Origin: an uncultured Solirubrobacteraceae bacterium
Lineage (GTDB): Bacteria > Actinomycetota > Thermoleophilia > Solirubrobacterales > Solirubrobacteraceae
Reading direction: 5' to 3'
NCBI GenBank assembly: GCA_963812575.1
Contig: CAWEVS010000016.1
Location: 43,772-107,771 of the forward strand
Length of the DNA: 64,000 nucleotides
The first letter of the stretch is position 1, and every line of letters starts with the position of its first letter. Shown here in pieces: positions 30,358-45,648 of the stretch. A program made the position numbers and the translations under genes. The notes beneath the pieces are model-generated. The model was given only the letters and a program-made list of their open reading frames with translations, was not told the DNA's origin and ran no database searches.

Positions 30358-32259
30358 ATGGCAACACGCGCAGTGAGCAGCGACGGCGAGGCGAGCGCCA
30401 GCCTCGCCGAGCAGCGGCGCGCGCTTCCCGACCAGCCGGGCGTTTACCTGTTTCGCGACGCAAAAGGCCGCGTGATCTACGTCGGCAAGGCGAAGTCGGT
30501 GCGCAAGCGCGTCGCTTCGCACTTCTCCAAAGCTCAGGTGCCGAGCAGCCCGGGTCACGCCGAGATGGTCGCGAGCGTCGAGAGCATCGAATGCGTCGTC
30601 GTCGCCTCCGAGGCCGAGGCGCTGCTGGCCGAGCAGAGCTTCATCAAGCAGTACCGCCCGCGCTTCAACATCCGCCTGCGCGACGACAAGTCCTATCCGT
30701 TCATCGCGATCTCGCTCGACGAGGACTTCCCGCGGGTGTACTTCACGCGCGAGCGCCACCGGCCCGGCCGCGCGTACTTCGGCCCGTACTCGAATGCCAA
30801 GCGCGTGCGCAGCACGCTCGAGGTGCTCGCGAAGGTCTTCATGTTCCGCTCGTGTACCGGCGCCGAGCCCGGCCGGCGCAGCGGCAGCCCTTGCCTGGAC
30901 TACTACATCAAGCGCTGCGAGGCCCCGTGCGTCGGCTACATCTCGAAGGAGCGTTACCGCGAAAGCATCGACGGCGTGATCGACTTCCTCTCCGGGCGCT
31001 TCAAGGAGATCGAGCGCGAGCTGGAGCAGCGCATGCGCGCCGCTGCTGCGGCCGAAGAGTTCGAGCAGGCCACGGTCGAGCGCAACCGGCTGCGCGCCGT
31101 GCACTCGCTGCTCGAGCGCCGACGCGTCGCCAACGAGGCGGTCGGCACGTTCGACGCGGTCGCCGTCGCGCTCGACGGTCGCGATGCGAACGCGCAGGTC
31201 TTTCAGGTGCGCGACGGCGTGCTCTCGGACCGGCAGTCGTTCTACCTCTCAAACGAGACCGAGCGCAGCGCGGCCGAGGTCGCCGAGGAGTTCATGCTGC
31301 AGTACTACGCAGGACACATGTCGATACCGGCACTGCTCGTCGTGCAGCGCTTCGCCGAGGAGCGCTCGGCGCTGGCCGATGCGCTCGCCAGCCGGCGCGC
31401 CGGCCCGGTCGAGCTGCGCGCGGCCGAGCGCGGCGAGAAGCGTCGGATCCTGGAGCTGGCCGAGCGCAACGCGCGGCTCGCGCTCGACACGGAGCGATTG
31501 AAATCCGAGCGGCGCCGCCAGAGCCGCGTCGAGGCGGTCGAGGGTCTACAGCAGGCGCTCGGGCTCGACGTGCCGCCGATTCGCATCGAGTGCTTCGACA
31601 TCTCGCACCTCGGCGGCACGCAGACGGTCGCCTCGATGGTCGTCTTCGAGGGCGGCGCGCCGAAGAAGTCCGACTATCGCCGCTTCAAGATCCGCTCGCT
31701 CGCCGAAGGCGAGTCCGACGACTTCGCGGCGATGGCCGAGGTGCTCGGCCGGCGCTTCGCACAGTGGGAGCGCCAGGCCGATCTCTCACCGCACGATCCG
31801 GCCTACGACGCCAGCTTCGCGTCGTTGCCGAACGTCGTCGTGATCGACGGCGGCAAGGGCCAGCTGTCGGCCGGCCTCGGCCCGTTGCGCGGCTTTCGCG
31901 ATCGCGGCGTCGCCGTCATCTCGCTCGCGAAGCGGATCGAGGAGGTCTTCATCCCCGGGCGCGCCGCGCCGCTCGTGCTCGACCACTCAACGCCCGAGCT
32001 GCAACTGCTGCAGCGCGTGCGCGACGAGGCGCATCGCTTCGCGATCACGCACCATCGCTCGCGTCGCGACCGCGCGATGACGCGCTCGCTGCTGGACGAG
32101 CTGCCGGGCGTCGGGCCGGCGCGCAAGCGCGCGCTGCTCGCGCACTTCGGCTCGCCCGAGGCGGTCGCCGCGGCGTCCGGCGAGGAGCTCTCTGCAGTGC
32201 CCGGCCTGCCGGCGAAGGTCGCACGCGACCTCTATGCGCACCTGCACCGCGCCGGCTGA
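30358..32259 (+). CDS. uvrC: Excinuclease ABC subunit C
   Basis: LPDQPGVYLF...IYVGKAK, DDKSYP, IECFDISH, RDEAHRFAI, HhH motifs. Confidence 0.97.
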   Translation: MATRAVSSDGEASASLAEQRRALPDQPGVYLFRDAKGRVIYVGKAKSVRKRVASHFSKAQVPSSPGHAEMVASVESIECVVVASEAEALLAEQSFIKQYRPRFNIRLRDDKSYPFIAISLDEDFPRVYFTRERHRPGRAYFGPYSNAKRVRSTLEVLAKVFMFRSCTGAEPGRRSGSPCLDYYIKRCEAPCVGYISKERYRESIDGVIDFLSGRFKEIERELEQRMRAAAAAEEFEQATVERNRLRAVHSLLERRRVANEAVGTFDAVAVALDGRDANAQVFQVRDGVLSDRQSFYLSNETERSAAEVAEEFMLQYYAGHMSIPALLVVQRFAEERSALADALASRRAGPVELRAAERGEKRRILELAERNARLALDTERLKSERRRQSRVEAVEGLQQALGLDVPPIRIECFDISHLGGTQTVASMVVFEGGAPKKSDYRRFKIRSLAEGESDDFAAMAEVLGRRFAQWERQADLSPHDPAYDASFASLPNVVVIDGGKGQLSAGLGPLRGFRDRGVAVISLAKRIEEVFIPGRAAPLVLDHSTPELQLLQRVRDEAHRFAITHHRSRRDRAMTRSLLDELPGVGPARKRALLAHFGSPEAVAAASGEELSAVPGLPAKVARDLYAHLHRAG

Positions 32260-32330
32260 GCGACTGGGCGGTTTTCTGCAAGTTCGCAGCAAATTGACAC
32301 GTTCGCCGCGCGGCGGAGCACAATGGGTCG

Positions 32331-33308
32331 ATGGCCGTGATCCGACCGCTTCGCCCGTTGCTGTCGGGATCCGATCGCAAGGCTGAGAAGCCGAAGCGTG
32401 CCGAGAAGCCGAAGCCGGTGATCGAGACACGCCTGCAGGATCTCGTCGTGATCACCGGCTTCTCCGGCGCCGGCAAGTCGACGGCGATGAACGTGTTCGA
32501 GGACGCCGGTTACTTCTGCGTCGACAATCTGCCGCCGGAGATGATCCGCTCGCTCGTCGAGCTGTTCGTGCACCAGGGCTCGAAGGTCGAGCGCGCGGCC
32601 GTCGTCTCCGACGTGCGCGGCGGCGTCTACTTCGAGGCGCTGCGCGCGGTCGTCGAGGACCTCGACGCGCTCGGCCTCAGCCATCACGTGCTTTTCCTCG
32701 AGGCGGCCGAGCAGACGCTCGTGACGCGTTACAAGGAGACGCGCAGGCGCCACCCGCTCGCGCCGGAGGGCAGCGTCGCCGCCGGCGTCGCGGCCGAGCG
32801 CGCGCTGCTCGCGCCGCTGCGCGAGCATGCCGACCTCGTGATCGACACGACCGGCATGACGGCGCCGATGCTGCGCGGCAAGATCGTCGACGAGCTGCTG
32901 CCGCACAAGGTCGCCGGACGTCTCGCGCTGACGTTCATGAGCTTCGGCTTCAAGCACGGACCGCCGCGCGAGGAGGATCTCGCCTTCGACGTGCGCTTCC
33001 TCGCGAATCCGCACTATGAGGGCGAGTTGCGCGAGCTGACCGGCCTGGACGAGGCCGTCGTCGAGTACATCGCGCGCGACGGCCGGCTGGATGACTTCTA
33101 CGTGCGCCTGCACGCGCTGCTCGACTTCCTGCTGCCGCAGTACGTGGCCGAGGGCAAGTCGCATCTGGTGATCGCGATCGGCTGCACCGGCGGTCGCCAT
33201 CGCTCGGTCGCGATCGCCGAGCACCTCGCTGCGCGCTACCGCGATGCTGACGATCTCGACGTCGCCGTCGCGCATCGCGACATCGACAAGCGCCCGCGCG
33301 GCTCCTGA
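32331..33308 (+). CDS. rapZ: RNase adapter/NTP-binding protein RapZ (YvcJ)
   Basis: TGFSGAGKS, CVDNLP, ETRRRHPL, SFGFKHG, DVRFL.NP, GCTGGRHRSV. Confidence 0.93.
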   Translation: MAVIRPLRPLLSGSDRKAEKPKRAEKPKPVIETRLQDLVVITGFSGAGKSTAMNVFEDAGYFCVDNLPPEMIRSLVELFVHQGSKVERAAVVSDVRGGVYFEALRAVVEDLDALGLSHHVLFLEAAEQTLVTRYKETRRRHPLAPEGSVAAGVAAERALLAPLREHADLVIDTTGMTAPMLRGKIVDELLPHKVAGRLALTFMSFGFKHGPPREEDLAFDVRFLANPHYEGELRELTGLDEAVVEYIARDGRLDDFYVRLHALLDFLLPQYVAEGKSHLVIAIGCTGGRHRSVAIAEHLAARYRDADDLDVAVAHRDIDKRPRGS

Positions 33309-33351
33309 GCGTCGCCGCGCCCAACGCTGGCGGCTGCTGGCGCGCTGATAG

Positions 33352-34446
<1,095 letters not shown>

Positions 34447-34530
34447 GCGCGGGCGGATGCCGATCCGTCGGAGCGGAGCATCGATCCGCAATATCGTGAA
34501 GCGGCGCGAGGGAATGGACGAGGTGTGCCG

Positions 34531-35748
34531 ATGAGAACGCTTGATCAGCTCGACGTCGAGGGGCGGCGCGTGCTGGTGCGCGTCGACTTCAACGTGCCGC
34601 TCGGCAAGGATGCGGCCGGCGCCGTCGTCGTCGCCGACGACACACGGATCGTCGCCGCGCTCGAGACGATCGAGGAGCTGCGCTCGCGCGGCGCGCGGAT
34701 CGTGCTCGCGTCGCATCTGGGCCGACCCGAGGGACGGCGCGAGGAGGATCTTTCGCTCGCGCCTGTCGTCGCCCGGCTGCGCGAGCTGACAGACGCGCCG
34801 GTGACACTCGCTCCGGCAGTGATCGGCGAGCGCGTCAGGGCGCTCGCCGAGGAGCTCGGCAGCGGCGAGCTGCTCGTGCTCGAGAACGTCCGCTTCGAGC
34901 CCGGCGAGACGGCCAACGACGCCGAGCTCGCCGCCGCCTTGGCCGACCTCGCCGACGCTTACGTCGACGACGCGTTCGGAGCGGCGCATCGCGCACATGC
35001 GAGCACCGAGGGCGTCGCCCACCTGCTGCCGAACGCCGCCGGCAGGCTGCTGCAGCGCGAGGTGCAGACGCTCGGCAAGCTGCTCGAGCGCCCGCCGCGT
35101 CCGCTCGTCGCGGTGATCGGCGGCGCCAAGGTAGCGGACAAGATCGGCGTGATCGACCGCTTCCTCGACATCGCCGACGTCGTGATCATCGGTGGCGCGA
35201 TGTGCTTTCCGTTCCTCTGCGCGCAGGGTCACGCCGTCGGGCAGTCGCTGTGCGAATCCGACGACGTCGAGCACGCCCGCCGCGCGCTCGCGAAGGCGAC
35301 CGACCCGGGCCGCGCGAGCGTCGAGCTGCCGAGCGATCTGGTGATCGGCGAGCGGCTCGCCGCCGACACCGAGCATCGCGTGCTGGCGGGCGTCGAGGTG
35401 CCGGAAGGTTGGATGGGGCTCGACATCGGTCCGGCCAGCGCAGCGCGCTACGCCGAGCGGATCGCGCGCGCCGGCTCGGTCTTCTGGAACGGCCCGATGG
35501 GCGCATTCGAGCTGGAGCCGTTCGCGGCCGGCACTCGCACCGTCGCCGAAGCCGTCGCGCGGGCGCCGGGTGTGACCGTCGTCGGCGGCGGCGACTCGGC
35601 GGCTGCGCTTGCGCGCTTCGGCCTCGAGCACGAGGTCGATCACCTCTCGACCGGCGGTGGCGCGACGCTCGAGCTCGTCGAGGGACGATCGCTTCCGGGC
35701 GTCGCTGCGCTCGACAGCGCCTCGGCCGGTGCAGGCGTGGCCTCGTGA
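34531..35748 (+). CDS. pgk: Phosphoglycerate kinase
   Basis: [39 protein letters not shown]. Confidence 0.97.
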   Translation: MRTLDQLDVEGRRVLVRVDFNVPLGKDAAGAVVVADDTRIVAALETIEELRSRGARIVLASHLGRPEGRREEDLSLAPVVARLRELTDAPVTLAPAVIGERVRALAEELGSGELLVLENVRFEPGETANDAELAAALADLADAYVDDAFGAAHRAHASTEGVAHLLPNAAGRLLQREVQTLGKLLERPPRPLVAVIGGAKVADKIGVIDRFLDIADVVIIGGAMCFPFLCAQGHAVGQSLCESDDVEHARRALAKATDPGRASVELPSDLVIGERLAADTEHRVLAGVEVPEGWMGLDIGPASAARYAERIARAGSVFWNGPMGAFELEPFAAGTRTVAEAVARAPGVTVVGGGDSAAALARFGLEHEVDHLSTGGGATLELVEGRSLPGVAALDSASAGAGVAS

Positions 35749-36506
35749 GCGCCCGCGTCCCGCTGATCGCGGGCAACTGGAAGATGTACAAGACCGAACG
35801 GGAAGCCGAGGATTACATCCAGGCACTGCTTCCGCGCGTCTCCGCCGTCGACGGCGTCGACGTCGCGATCTGCGTGCCGTTCACCGACCTACGCGCGATG
35901 GCCGACAGCGCGCGCGGCTCGCGCGTCGAGGTCTACGCGCAGAACATGCACTTCGAGGCCGAGGGCGCCTACACGGGCGAGGTATCGCCGCCGATGCTCT
36001 CCGACGTCGGCGCGCAGGGCGTCGTGCTGGGGCACTCCGAGCGGCGCGAGCTGTTCGGCGAGACCGATCGCGCACTCGCGCTGAAGGTGCCGGCGGCGCT
36101 CGCCGCCGGCCTCGCGCCGATCCTCTGCGTCGGCGAGACCGAGTCCGAGCGCGAGAACGAAGACACCGATCGCAAGCTGCGCCAGCAGATCAAGGAGGAC
36201 CTCGCGGGCGTGCCCGGCGAGCGACTCGCCGAGCTGACGATCGCCTACGAGCCGATCTGGGCGATCGGCAGCGGCAAGGTCGCGACGCCCGAGCAGGCGC
36301 AGGAAGCGATCGCGTTCATTCGCGCGCTCGTCGCCGACCGCGACCGCGAGGCGGCCGAGCGCGTGCGCGTGCTCTACGGCGGCTCGGTCAAGCCCGAGAA
36401 CGCGGCCGAACTGCTCGCGCTGCCCGACGTCGACGGTGCGCTCGTCGGCGGCGCCTCGCTCGACGCCGAGTCCTTCGCGAAGATCGTGACCGCCGCCGCG
36501 GCGTGA
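35745..36506 (+). CDS. tpiA: Triosephosphate isomerase
   Basis: [28 protein letters not shown]. Confidence 0.97.
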   Translation: MSARVPLIAGNWKMYKTEREAEDYIQALLPRVSAVDGVDVAICVPFTDLRAMADSARGSRVEVYAQNMHFEAEGAYTGEVSPPMLSDVGAQGVVLGHSERRELFGETDRALALKVPAALAAGLAPILCVGETESERENEDTDRKLRQQIKEDLAGVPGERLAELTIAYEPIWAIGSGKVATPEQAQEAIAFIRALVADRDREAAERVRVLYGGSVKPENAAELLALPDVDGALVGGASLDAESFAKIVTAAAA

Positions 36507-38050
36507 TGCGCGCTGCAAGCGTCTGCCTCGTCGTGCTCGACGGCTGGGGCTTGGCCGAGCCCGGTCCCGGCAACGCCGTCTCGCTCGCCCGGACGCCCGT
36601 GTTCGACGCGCTGTGGGCCGAGTATCCGCACACGACGCTGACCGCCTACGGCCGCGCCGTCGGCCTACCGGAAGGGCAGATGGGCAACTCCGAGGTCGGC
36701 CACCTGAACCTCGGCGCCGGCGCCGTCGTGCGTCAGGATCTCGTGCGAATCGACGACGCGATCGCCGACGGCTCACTCGCGGAGAACGAAGTGCTGCGCG
36801 CCGCGCTCGAGCCCGGCGCGCGGCTGCACCTGCTCGGGCTCGTCTCCGACGGCGGCGTTCACTCCTCGCTCGAGCACCTGCGCGCGCTGATCGCGCTGGC
36901 GCGCGAGCGCGGCGTGCGCGAGATCGTCGTGCACGCGTTCACCGACGGGCGCGACACGCTGCCGCACGGTGGCGCCGGCTACCTGGCCGAGGTCGACGCG
37001 ATGCCCGGCGCGCGCGTCGGCTCGGTCATCGGCCGCTACTGGGCGATGGATCGAGACCGCCGATGGGAGCGCACGCAGCGCGCCTATGACCTGCTGGTGC
37101 ACGCTCGCGCGCCCTACCACGCCGAGAGCGGCGAGCAGGCCGTCCGCGACGCCTACGAGCGCGGCGAGACGGACGAGTTCATCGAGCCGACGCTCGTCGG
37201 CGAGCCGGCCGCGATCGCGCCCGAGGACAGCGTGCTGGCGTTCAATTTCCGCCCCGACCGTATGCGCCAGCTGACGCGCGCGCTGGCCGAGCCCGGCTTC
37301 GGCGAGCGATCGCCGGCGCCGAGGAGCTTCCCGGCTGGAGCGGCCGGGCGGGCGCGCCGGCGCTGCGGCGCTATGCGACGCTGACCGAGTACGAGGAGGG
37401 CTGGCCGTATCCCGTTGCATTCGCGCCCGAGCGCCCGGCGACGACGCTCGGCGCCGCGCTCGCCGACGCCGGCGTCGCCCAGCTGCACGTCGCCGAGACC
37501 GAGAAGTATCCGCACGTGACGTACTTCTTCAACGGCGGCGAGGAGCGCGCGCTGCGCGGCGAGCGCCGCGAGCTGGTGCCCTCGCCGCGCGACGTGCCGA
37601 CCTACGATCACAAGCCGCAGATGAGCGCGTCTGCGGCGGCGCAGGCGTTCGTCAACGCGTGGCGCGAGGATCGTCCGGGCTTCGCGATCATCAACTTCGC
37701 GAACGCCGACATGGTCGGGCACACGGGCGTGATCGAGGCGGCCGTCGCTGGCCGTCGAGACCGTCGACGGCTGCCTCGGCCAGGTCGCCGACGCCGTGCG
37801 CGAGAGCGGCGGCGTCTGCGTCGTGACCGCCGATCACGGCAACGCCGACCACATGCTCGAGCCGGACGGCAGCCCGAACACGGCGCACTCGCTCAACCCG
37901 GTGCCGCTGATCGTGACCGCCCCGGGCGTGACGCTGCGCGCCGAAGGCGGCATACTCGCGGACGTGGCTCCGACCGTGCTCGACCTGCTTGGCCTCGCGC
38001 AACCGGCGGCGATGACCGGCCGCACCCTGATCGTCGGACGGCGGCTCGCC
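36506..38050 (+). CDS. gpmI: 2,3-bisphosphoglycerate-independent phosphoglycerate mutase (frameshifts; stop not resolved)
   Basis: [48 protein letters not shown]. Confidence 0.92.
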
Positions 38051-38053
38051 GCG

Positions 38054-38411
38054 ATGAGCGTCTCGCGCAGGCTGCTCGCGGCGTTCTTCGTCGCCTCCGG
38101 CGTCAACCACTTCGTCTCGCCGCGCGTTCTACCGCGCGATCGTGCCGCCGGCGCTCGCGCCTCGCTCCAAGCGCGTCGTCGAGCTGAGCGGCGTCGCCGA
38201 GGTGCTCGGCGGCCTCGGCGTGCTTCTGCCGCAGACGCGGCGGCTCGCCGGAGCCGGGCTGGTCGCGCTGCTGGCTGCCGTGTTTCCCGCGAACCTGTAC
38301 ATGGCGAGCGAGCCCGAGCGCTTCGCGAAGATCCCGCGTTGGGCGCTTTTTGCCCGCCTGCCGCTGCAGCCGCTGATGATGTTGTGGGCCTGGCGCGCCA
38401 CGCGCGATTGA
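38054..38411 (+). CDS. DoxX-like membrane protein (frameshift ~38125)
   Basis: [28 protein letters not shown]. Confidence 0.75.
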
Positions 38412-38446
38412 GCTTTCACGGCCGTTCGGCGGGCCTTGACGCTGCT

Positions 38447-38989
38447 ATGTTCGGTCCAGGAGAATTTGGGTACGGACCACCATGTCGACGCGCAATTGCT
38501 TTCAAGACCGAGACCGGGGAAGACGCCTCTGGCGATGAGCGCCAGGAGCCCGGTCACCGCGCGTGGCGGGCACTGCTTCGCTCGCATGCCTGCCTTGCAA
38601 AGCGACTCGACACCGCGCTGGAGCAAGCGCACGGTTTGCCGCTCAGCTCCTATGAGGTGCTCGACCGGCTGGAGGATGCAAGCGGCGGGCGGATGCGCAT
38701 GTGCGACCTCGCCGAGCAGGCGCAGCTCTCGCGCAGCGGCCTGACGCGACTCGTCGACCGGCTCGAGCGCGAGCGACTGCTCGAGCGCTGCTCCTGCGAA
38801 CAGGACGCGCGCGGCTCCTTCGCATGTCTCACCGACGGCGGCCGAACGCGGCTGCAGGAAGCTCGCGTGACGCACCTCGCCGTCGTGCGCGAGCAGTTCT
38901 TCTCGCGCTTCTCAGAGGCCGAGCTGATGCTGCTGGCCGACATGTGCCAGCGGATCGCGCCGTGCAGCGGCGAGACCGCCGGCTGCTGA
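38447..38989 (+). CDS. MarR family transcriptional regulator
   Basis: AWRALLR.H, YEVL..L, RM.DLAE...[18 protein letters not shown]; start uncertain. Confidence 0.85.
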   Translation: MFGPGEFGYGPPCRRAIAFKTETGEDASGDERQEPGHRAWRALLRSHACLAKRLDTALEQAHGLPLSSYEVLDRLEDASGGRMRMCDLAEQAQLSRSGLTRLVDRLERERLLERCSCEQDARGSFACLTDGGRTRLQEARVTHLAVVREQFFSRFSEAELMLLADMCQRIAPCSGETAGC

Positions 38990-39038
38990 GAGGCGCTCAG
39001 CAGACGTGATCGCCTGAGCGCTTCGAAGGCGCTCGGCG

Positions 39039-39732
39039 TCAGACGCCGCCGGGCGCCGGCGAACGCGCGTCGTTCTCGGCGCCGTCGTCACCGTCGGCCT
39101 CGGTTTTGGCCGGCTCGGCGCCGTCGGTCGAAGGCCGGCGCGCGCGGCGATGCAGGACGACGAAGCTGACGAGCGCGAGCACGGCCGCGACCAGCCCGTA
39201 GATGCCGAACGTTTCGATCACGTTGCCGGCCGAGTTGCCGAGGAAGTAGGCGAGCAGCCCGATTGCGGTCGCCCACGAGATCCCGCCGAGCGCGTTCCAG
39301 ACGACGAACGAGCGCCAGTGCATTCGCGTCGCGCCGGCAAGCCACGAGGCCCACACGCGCAGGCCGAGCACGAAGCGCCCGAAGTAGACGGCCTTCGGGC
39401 CGTGGCGTTCGAAGAACGGCTCGCCGCTGCTCGAGCACCTCGAGGCGCTGGCGGTGGAAGCGACCGGGGCGTTCGAGTAGCCAGCGCCCTCCCTTGCGAC
39501 CGATCAGATAGCCGATGTTGTCACCGACGATCGCGCCTGCGATCGCCAGCACGATCACCCACTCGATCTGCAGCTTGCCGCGGCTGGCGAGTACCGCGGC
39601 GGTGATCAGCGCCGTCTCGCCGGGGATCGGCACGCCGCCCGACTCTGCCATCACCAGTACGAACAGCAGCGGATAGCCGGCGACTTCGATCAGATGGTCG
39701 ACGTTGATCAGCGAGGCGAGGATCACAGGCAC
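39039..39732 (-). CDS. DedA family membrane protein (frameshift ~39430)
   Basis: ESGGVPIPGE, GDNIGY.IGR, GRFV.GLR, AG...M.WRSF. Confidence 0.85.
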
Positions 39733-39805
39733 CTAGCATGGCGCAGTCGCGCCTGAGCGCCGTCGCTCGTGCCGGCGCGACTGCGCCGCGGCCGGCGCGC
39801 GCCGC

Positions 39806-41027
39806 CTATTTCGTGTTTTCGGAGACGAGCTGCTTCAACGCCGAGCCGGCCTGCTGCACGTCGCTGTAGACGACGTTGCGCAACACGACCTTGGTCTGCG
39901 CAGGCGCCGTCGCGAGCACGACTGCGACGATCACGACGGCGAGCACGAGCAGCGCGAAGAGCGCGCCGAACAGTCTGCGCCGGCCGCGATGCGCCTGCCT
40001 GACGGGAGCCTGCGCGGCAGGTGCCTTCGCGCCGGACACGGGCGGAGTGCGGCGCGGCTGCCCGGCGCGAGGCTGCCGCGGCGTGACGGTCGTCGCTGCT
40101 CGCTCGGCTCCGCGGCCGCCGGGTCGCCGCGCGCTGCCGAGCACGGTCGTCGCGCTCGTCGCCGGTGCCTCGCGAGCCCCCTCGCGAGCCCTCGAGCGGG
40201 CTGATCCCGTTGGCGCCGTCGCTGAGCGCACGTCCCATCTCGCGTGCCGTCTGATAGCGCTCGCGAGGGTCGAGCGCCAGCGCGATCGCGACCGCCTCGG
40301 CGAGCTCGGGTCGCACGGCTGCGACCAGCGTGTCGAGCATCGGCGGCTCCTCCTGCTGCTGCTTGAGCGCGAGCTCGGTCAGCGACGCCGCCTCGTAGGG
40401 CAGCCGGCCCGAGATCAGCTGGTAGGTGACGACGCCGAGCGCGTACAGGTCGGCGCGCGGACCGGCCTCTTCGCCGCGCGCCTGCTCGGGCGCGAGGTAG
40501 GCGGCGGTGCCGAGCACCGAGCCGACCTGCGTGATGCTCGACTGCTCGGTCGCCTTTGCGATGCCGAAGTCGGCGAGCTTGACCTCGCCCTCGCGCGCGC
40601 GCAGCAGGTTGCCGGGCTTGACGTCTCGGTGCACGACGCCGTGGCGATGGGCGTAGTGCAGCCCCTCGCAGGCCTGGTCGATGATCGCCAGCGCCTCGTC
40701 GACCTCGACCCAGCCCTCGTCACGCAGGATCTCGGCGCCCGACTGCCCCTCGATGTACTCCATCACGATGAAGTACTGCTCCGAGGGCTCGTCGCGACCT
40801 GAGTCGAAGACCTGCACGATGTTCGGGTGGACCAGCCGAGCCGCCGCCTGCGCCTCGCGCTGGAAGCGCGAGACGAACGTCGGATCCTCGGCGAGGTGCT
40901 CTGCGAGCAGCTTGACCGCGACCTGGCGCTCCAGGCGCATGTCCATCGCGCGATGCACGGTCGACATGCCGCCGAACCCAAGCCGTCCCTCGAGCCTGTA
41001 GCGCCCCGCGATCTCGACGATGCTCAT
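39806..41027 (-). CDS. Hanks-type Ser/Thr protein kinase with C-terminal TM (frameshift ~40170)
   Basis: LG.GGM, VAVK, HRDVKPGN, DFGIA, YLAPEQ; tail in ORF 39806..40231. Confidence 0.92.
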
Positions 41028-41653
41028 TTGGCTGCTTCCTGTCCGCCGGCGCCGCCGCCTTCGAGCGGGCTCGCGCCGCCGCCTTCGGCTTCGCCCGGCT
41101 TCGGGACCTTCTTCGCCGGGCGCCTGCGTACCGCCGCCCGGGCCGGTCGGAGTGCTCGTCGTCGGTGGCGTCGCCGTCGTCGTCGTTTCCGTTTCGCTCG
41201 GCAACGGCGTGGTGCTCGTCGTGCTCGTCGTCGTCTTCGGCGTCGTCGTCGTCAGTGTCGACTGTGGCAGCGGCTGCGCGCAGAGCGCGAGCGAGCGTGT
41301 GCGCAGGTTTTCGATCCCGCGATGCAGCGTTTCGCGCAGGCCGTTGTCGACGCTGCTCGGCAGCCGCGCGAAGTCCTGTTCGGTGCGCAGCAACGCGCTT
41401 TCGGTGCCGGCGCAGTTGCCATCGCCGTTTTCGGCCGCCCGCACGACGGCTTCGAAGTCGTTCTGCAGCGGACCGGAGTCGCCGGTCGGGATCAGCCCTT
41501 TGCCGGAACCACCGCACGCGACGAGAAGCGCGGCGAGCACGCCGAGCATCGCGACCAGGCCGGCAGGCGCTGGCGCTGGCGCACGCGGCGCACGACGCTG
41601 GCGGGGTGCGAACGACGCACGCTGGTCGGCGGCACGGCGGGCGGCACGGTCAT
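41024..41653 (-). CDS. Predicted lipoprotein with Thr/Pro-rich tail (frameshifts)
   Basis: LAALLVAC-GG lipobox, TTTTPKTTTSTTSTT; ATGA overlap with kinase start. Confidence 0.6.
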
Positions 41654-42381
41654 TGACCGTACTCCAGGCGCTCGGCCAACGAGTCCGGCAGGCGCGCAGC
41701 GCGAATCGCCGCGGCGGCGCCGGCGATGTCGTACTCGGTTCGCATGAACGATGCCGACAGGCCGTCGAGGTCGAGCAGCAGCCACGATGCGCGCGCGTCG
41801 CCGTCGCGCGGCTGGCCGACGCTGCCCGGATTCAGCAGCCACTCGCCCTCGGCGATGTCCAGCTCGCTGCCGGCACGGCGCGGTTCGCCGGTCGCCGGCT
41901 CGCCCTCGCGGCGCACGAACGAGAGCGCGACGTGTGAGTGTCCGACGAGGCAGACGCGCGTGCTCTGGCGATCGAAGCAGAGCTCGGCCAGCAGCGTCGA
42001 GAGCACGTACTCCCAGACCGGGTCGCGCGGGCTCGCGTGGTAGAGGCCGACGGCGCCCTCCTGCGCCTGCGGGCGCAGGCCGCCGAGGAACTCGAGGTTC
42101 TGCGGAGCGATCACCTCGCGGGTCCACTGCGCGGCGAGGCTCGCGCCACGCGAGAACTCGTCGAGCGGGATCTCGCCGGTCACGGCCATGTCGTGGTTGC
42201 CGGCGAGGCAGACGGCGGCGTGCTCGCGCGCGAGCTCGACGCAGGCGTCCGGCTCGGCGCCGTAGCCGACCAGATCGCCGAGGCACCACAGCTCCGCCGC
42301 GTCGCTCGCCGCGACCGCCTCGAGGGTCGCCTCGAAGGCCTGCCGGTTGGCGTGGATGTCGGAGATGACCGCGACCTTCAT
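41650..42381 (-). CDS. Calcineurin-like metallophosphoesterase
   Basis: SDIHAN, GDLVGYG, GNHD, HASP, GHSH, NPGSVGQPRD. Confidence 0.9.
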   Translation of the reverse strand: MKVAVISDIHANRQAFEATLEAVAASDAAELWCLGDLVGYGAEPDACVELAREHAAVCLAGNHDMAVTGEIPLDEFSRGASLAAQWTREVIAPQNLEFLGGLRPQAQEGAVGLYHASPRDPVWEYVLSTLLAELCFDRQSTRVCLVGHSHVALSFVRREGEPATGEPRRAGSELDIAEGEWLLNPGSVGQPRDGDARASWLLLDLDGLSASFMRTEYDIAGAAAAIRAARLPDSLAERLEYGQ

Positions 42382-42408
42382 CGTCTAGCCGGCCGCGCCC
42401 GTGCGGTC

Positions 42409-42726
42409 CTACTCCTCCTCAGATCCGGCCTCCGTGCCGCCGTACTCCGGCAGGTTCTTGATGCCCTCGCGCGTCCGCCACTTCGAGTAGTTGTCCTCCA
42501 TCGCATCGATCAGCTCGCGCATGAAACGCGGCGAGATGTTGACGCGCGAGACGACGACGCCCGGGACCTCCTCGGCCTCGACCTCGTGGTCGACTCGCGC
42601 GAACGTGACCGTGAACTCGTAGTCGGAGTGGCTCACGTTCGCGAAGTTCGCGTACACGCCTCCCATGATCTCGGGAGACAGGTGGATGTTTATGTGGCGC
42701 TCGGCGCCTGGGTCTTGATCGGTCAC
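42409..42726 (-). CDS. DUF3467-like protein
   Basis: GGVYANFANVSHS.YEFT.TFAR, VVSRV..SP; GATACT 6 nt upstream of GTG. Confidence 0.75.
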   Translation of the reverse strand: MTDQDPGAERHINIHLSPEIMGGVYANFANVSHSDYEFTVTFARVDHEVEAEEVPGVVVSRVNISPRFMRELIDAMEDNYSKWRTREGIKNLPEYGGTEAGSEEE

Positions 42727-42759
42727 GCAGCTAGTATCGCAATCGCCGAGCGGGAACCG

Positions 42760-44527
<1,768 letters not shown>

Positions 44528-44533
44528 CGCGGC

Positions 44534-45055
44534 TCAGTCGAAGCGCTCGAGGTCGGCCTCGAGCCGGCGCGCGTCGGCGGCGCCGAGCGCCGGCGCCGGA
44601 GCGCGCGCAGCAGCCTGCGCGCGCGCACGGCGCCGCCAGCGCGGAAGCAGCACGGCGAGCATCGCGAGCAGCACGAGCACGGCGGCCAGCGGCACCAGAT
44701 AGGCGGCCAGGTCGAAGCCGTGCGTCGCGGGCAGCGCGAGCACGGAAGGGCCGTACTGGCCGACCAGCGCGTGCTTGATCTGCGCTTCGTCCTTGCCTTC
44801 GGCGATCAGCCCTTCGATGAACGCGCGCTCGCGGTCGGCCTGCGGCGAGTCGGCGACCATCAGCGGGATTTTGCAGGTCACGCACATCACCTGACGCTGA
44901 ATCTGCGGCAGCGATGCGCGTGGCTTCACGCTCTGAGCGGCGGCGGCTGGAGAGATCGTCGCGCCGGCCGCTCGCGAGCGCGGCGAGGCATAGCGCGCCG
45001 AGCACACGCGCGAGCACGTACGCGCGCGAGCGCGCAGCGCTTGGCCGGCGCCGGC

Positions 45056-45059
<4 letters not shown>
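44534..45059 (-). CDS. ccmH: Cytochrome c biogenesis protein CcmH/CycL-like (frameshift in signal region)
   Basis: VMCVTC, I...I..G.....I...LV.QYG..VL..P followed by a TM. Confidence 0.75.
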
Positions 45060-45605
<546 letters not shown>

Positions 45606-45648
45606 GGCCCCCAAGAGTAGAGCGCCGTCGCGTACCATCTGACCGCAT

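Noticed and set aside
32382-32417. 18-bp tandem repeat (AEKPKR/AEKPKP) at the rapZ N-terminus
   Set aside because: Low-complexity extension with no evident function
37796-38989. GpmI-DoxX-MarR fusion ORF
   Set aside because: Chance joining of three genes by indels or a lost stop
39723-41549. Lipoprotein-kinase fusion ORF
   Set aside because: An indel in the GC-rich tail; the ATGA overlap at 41024-41027 indicates separate genes
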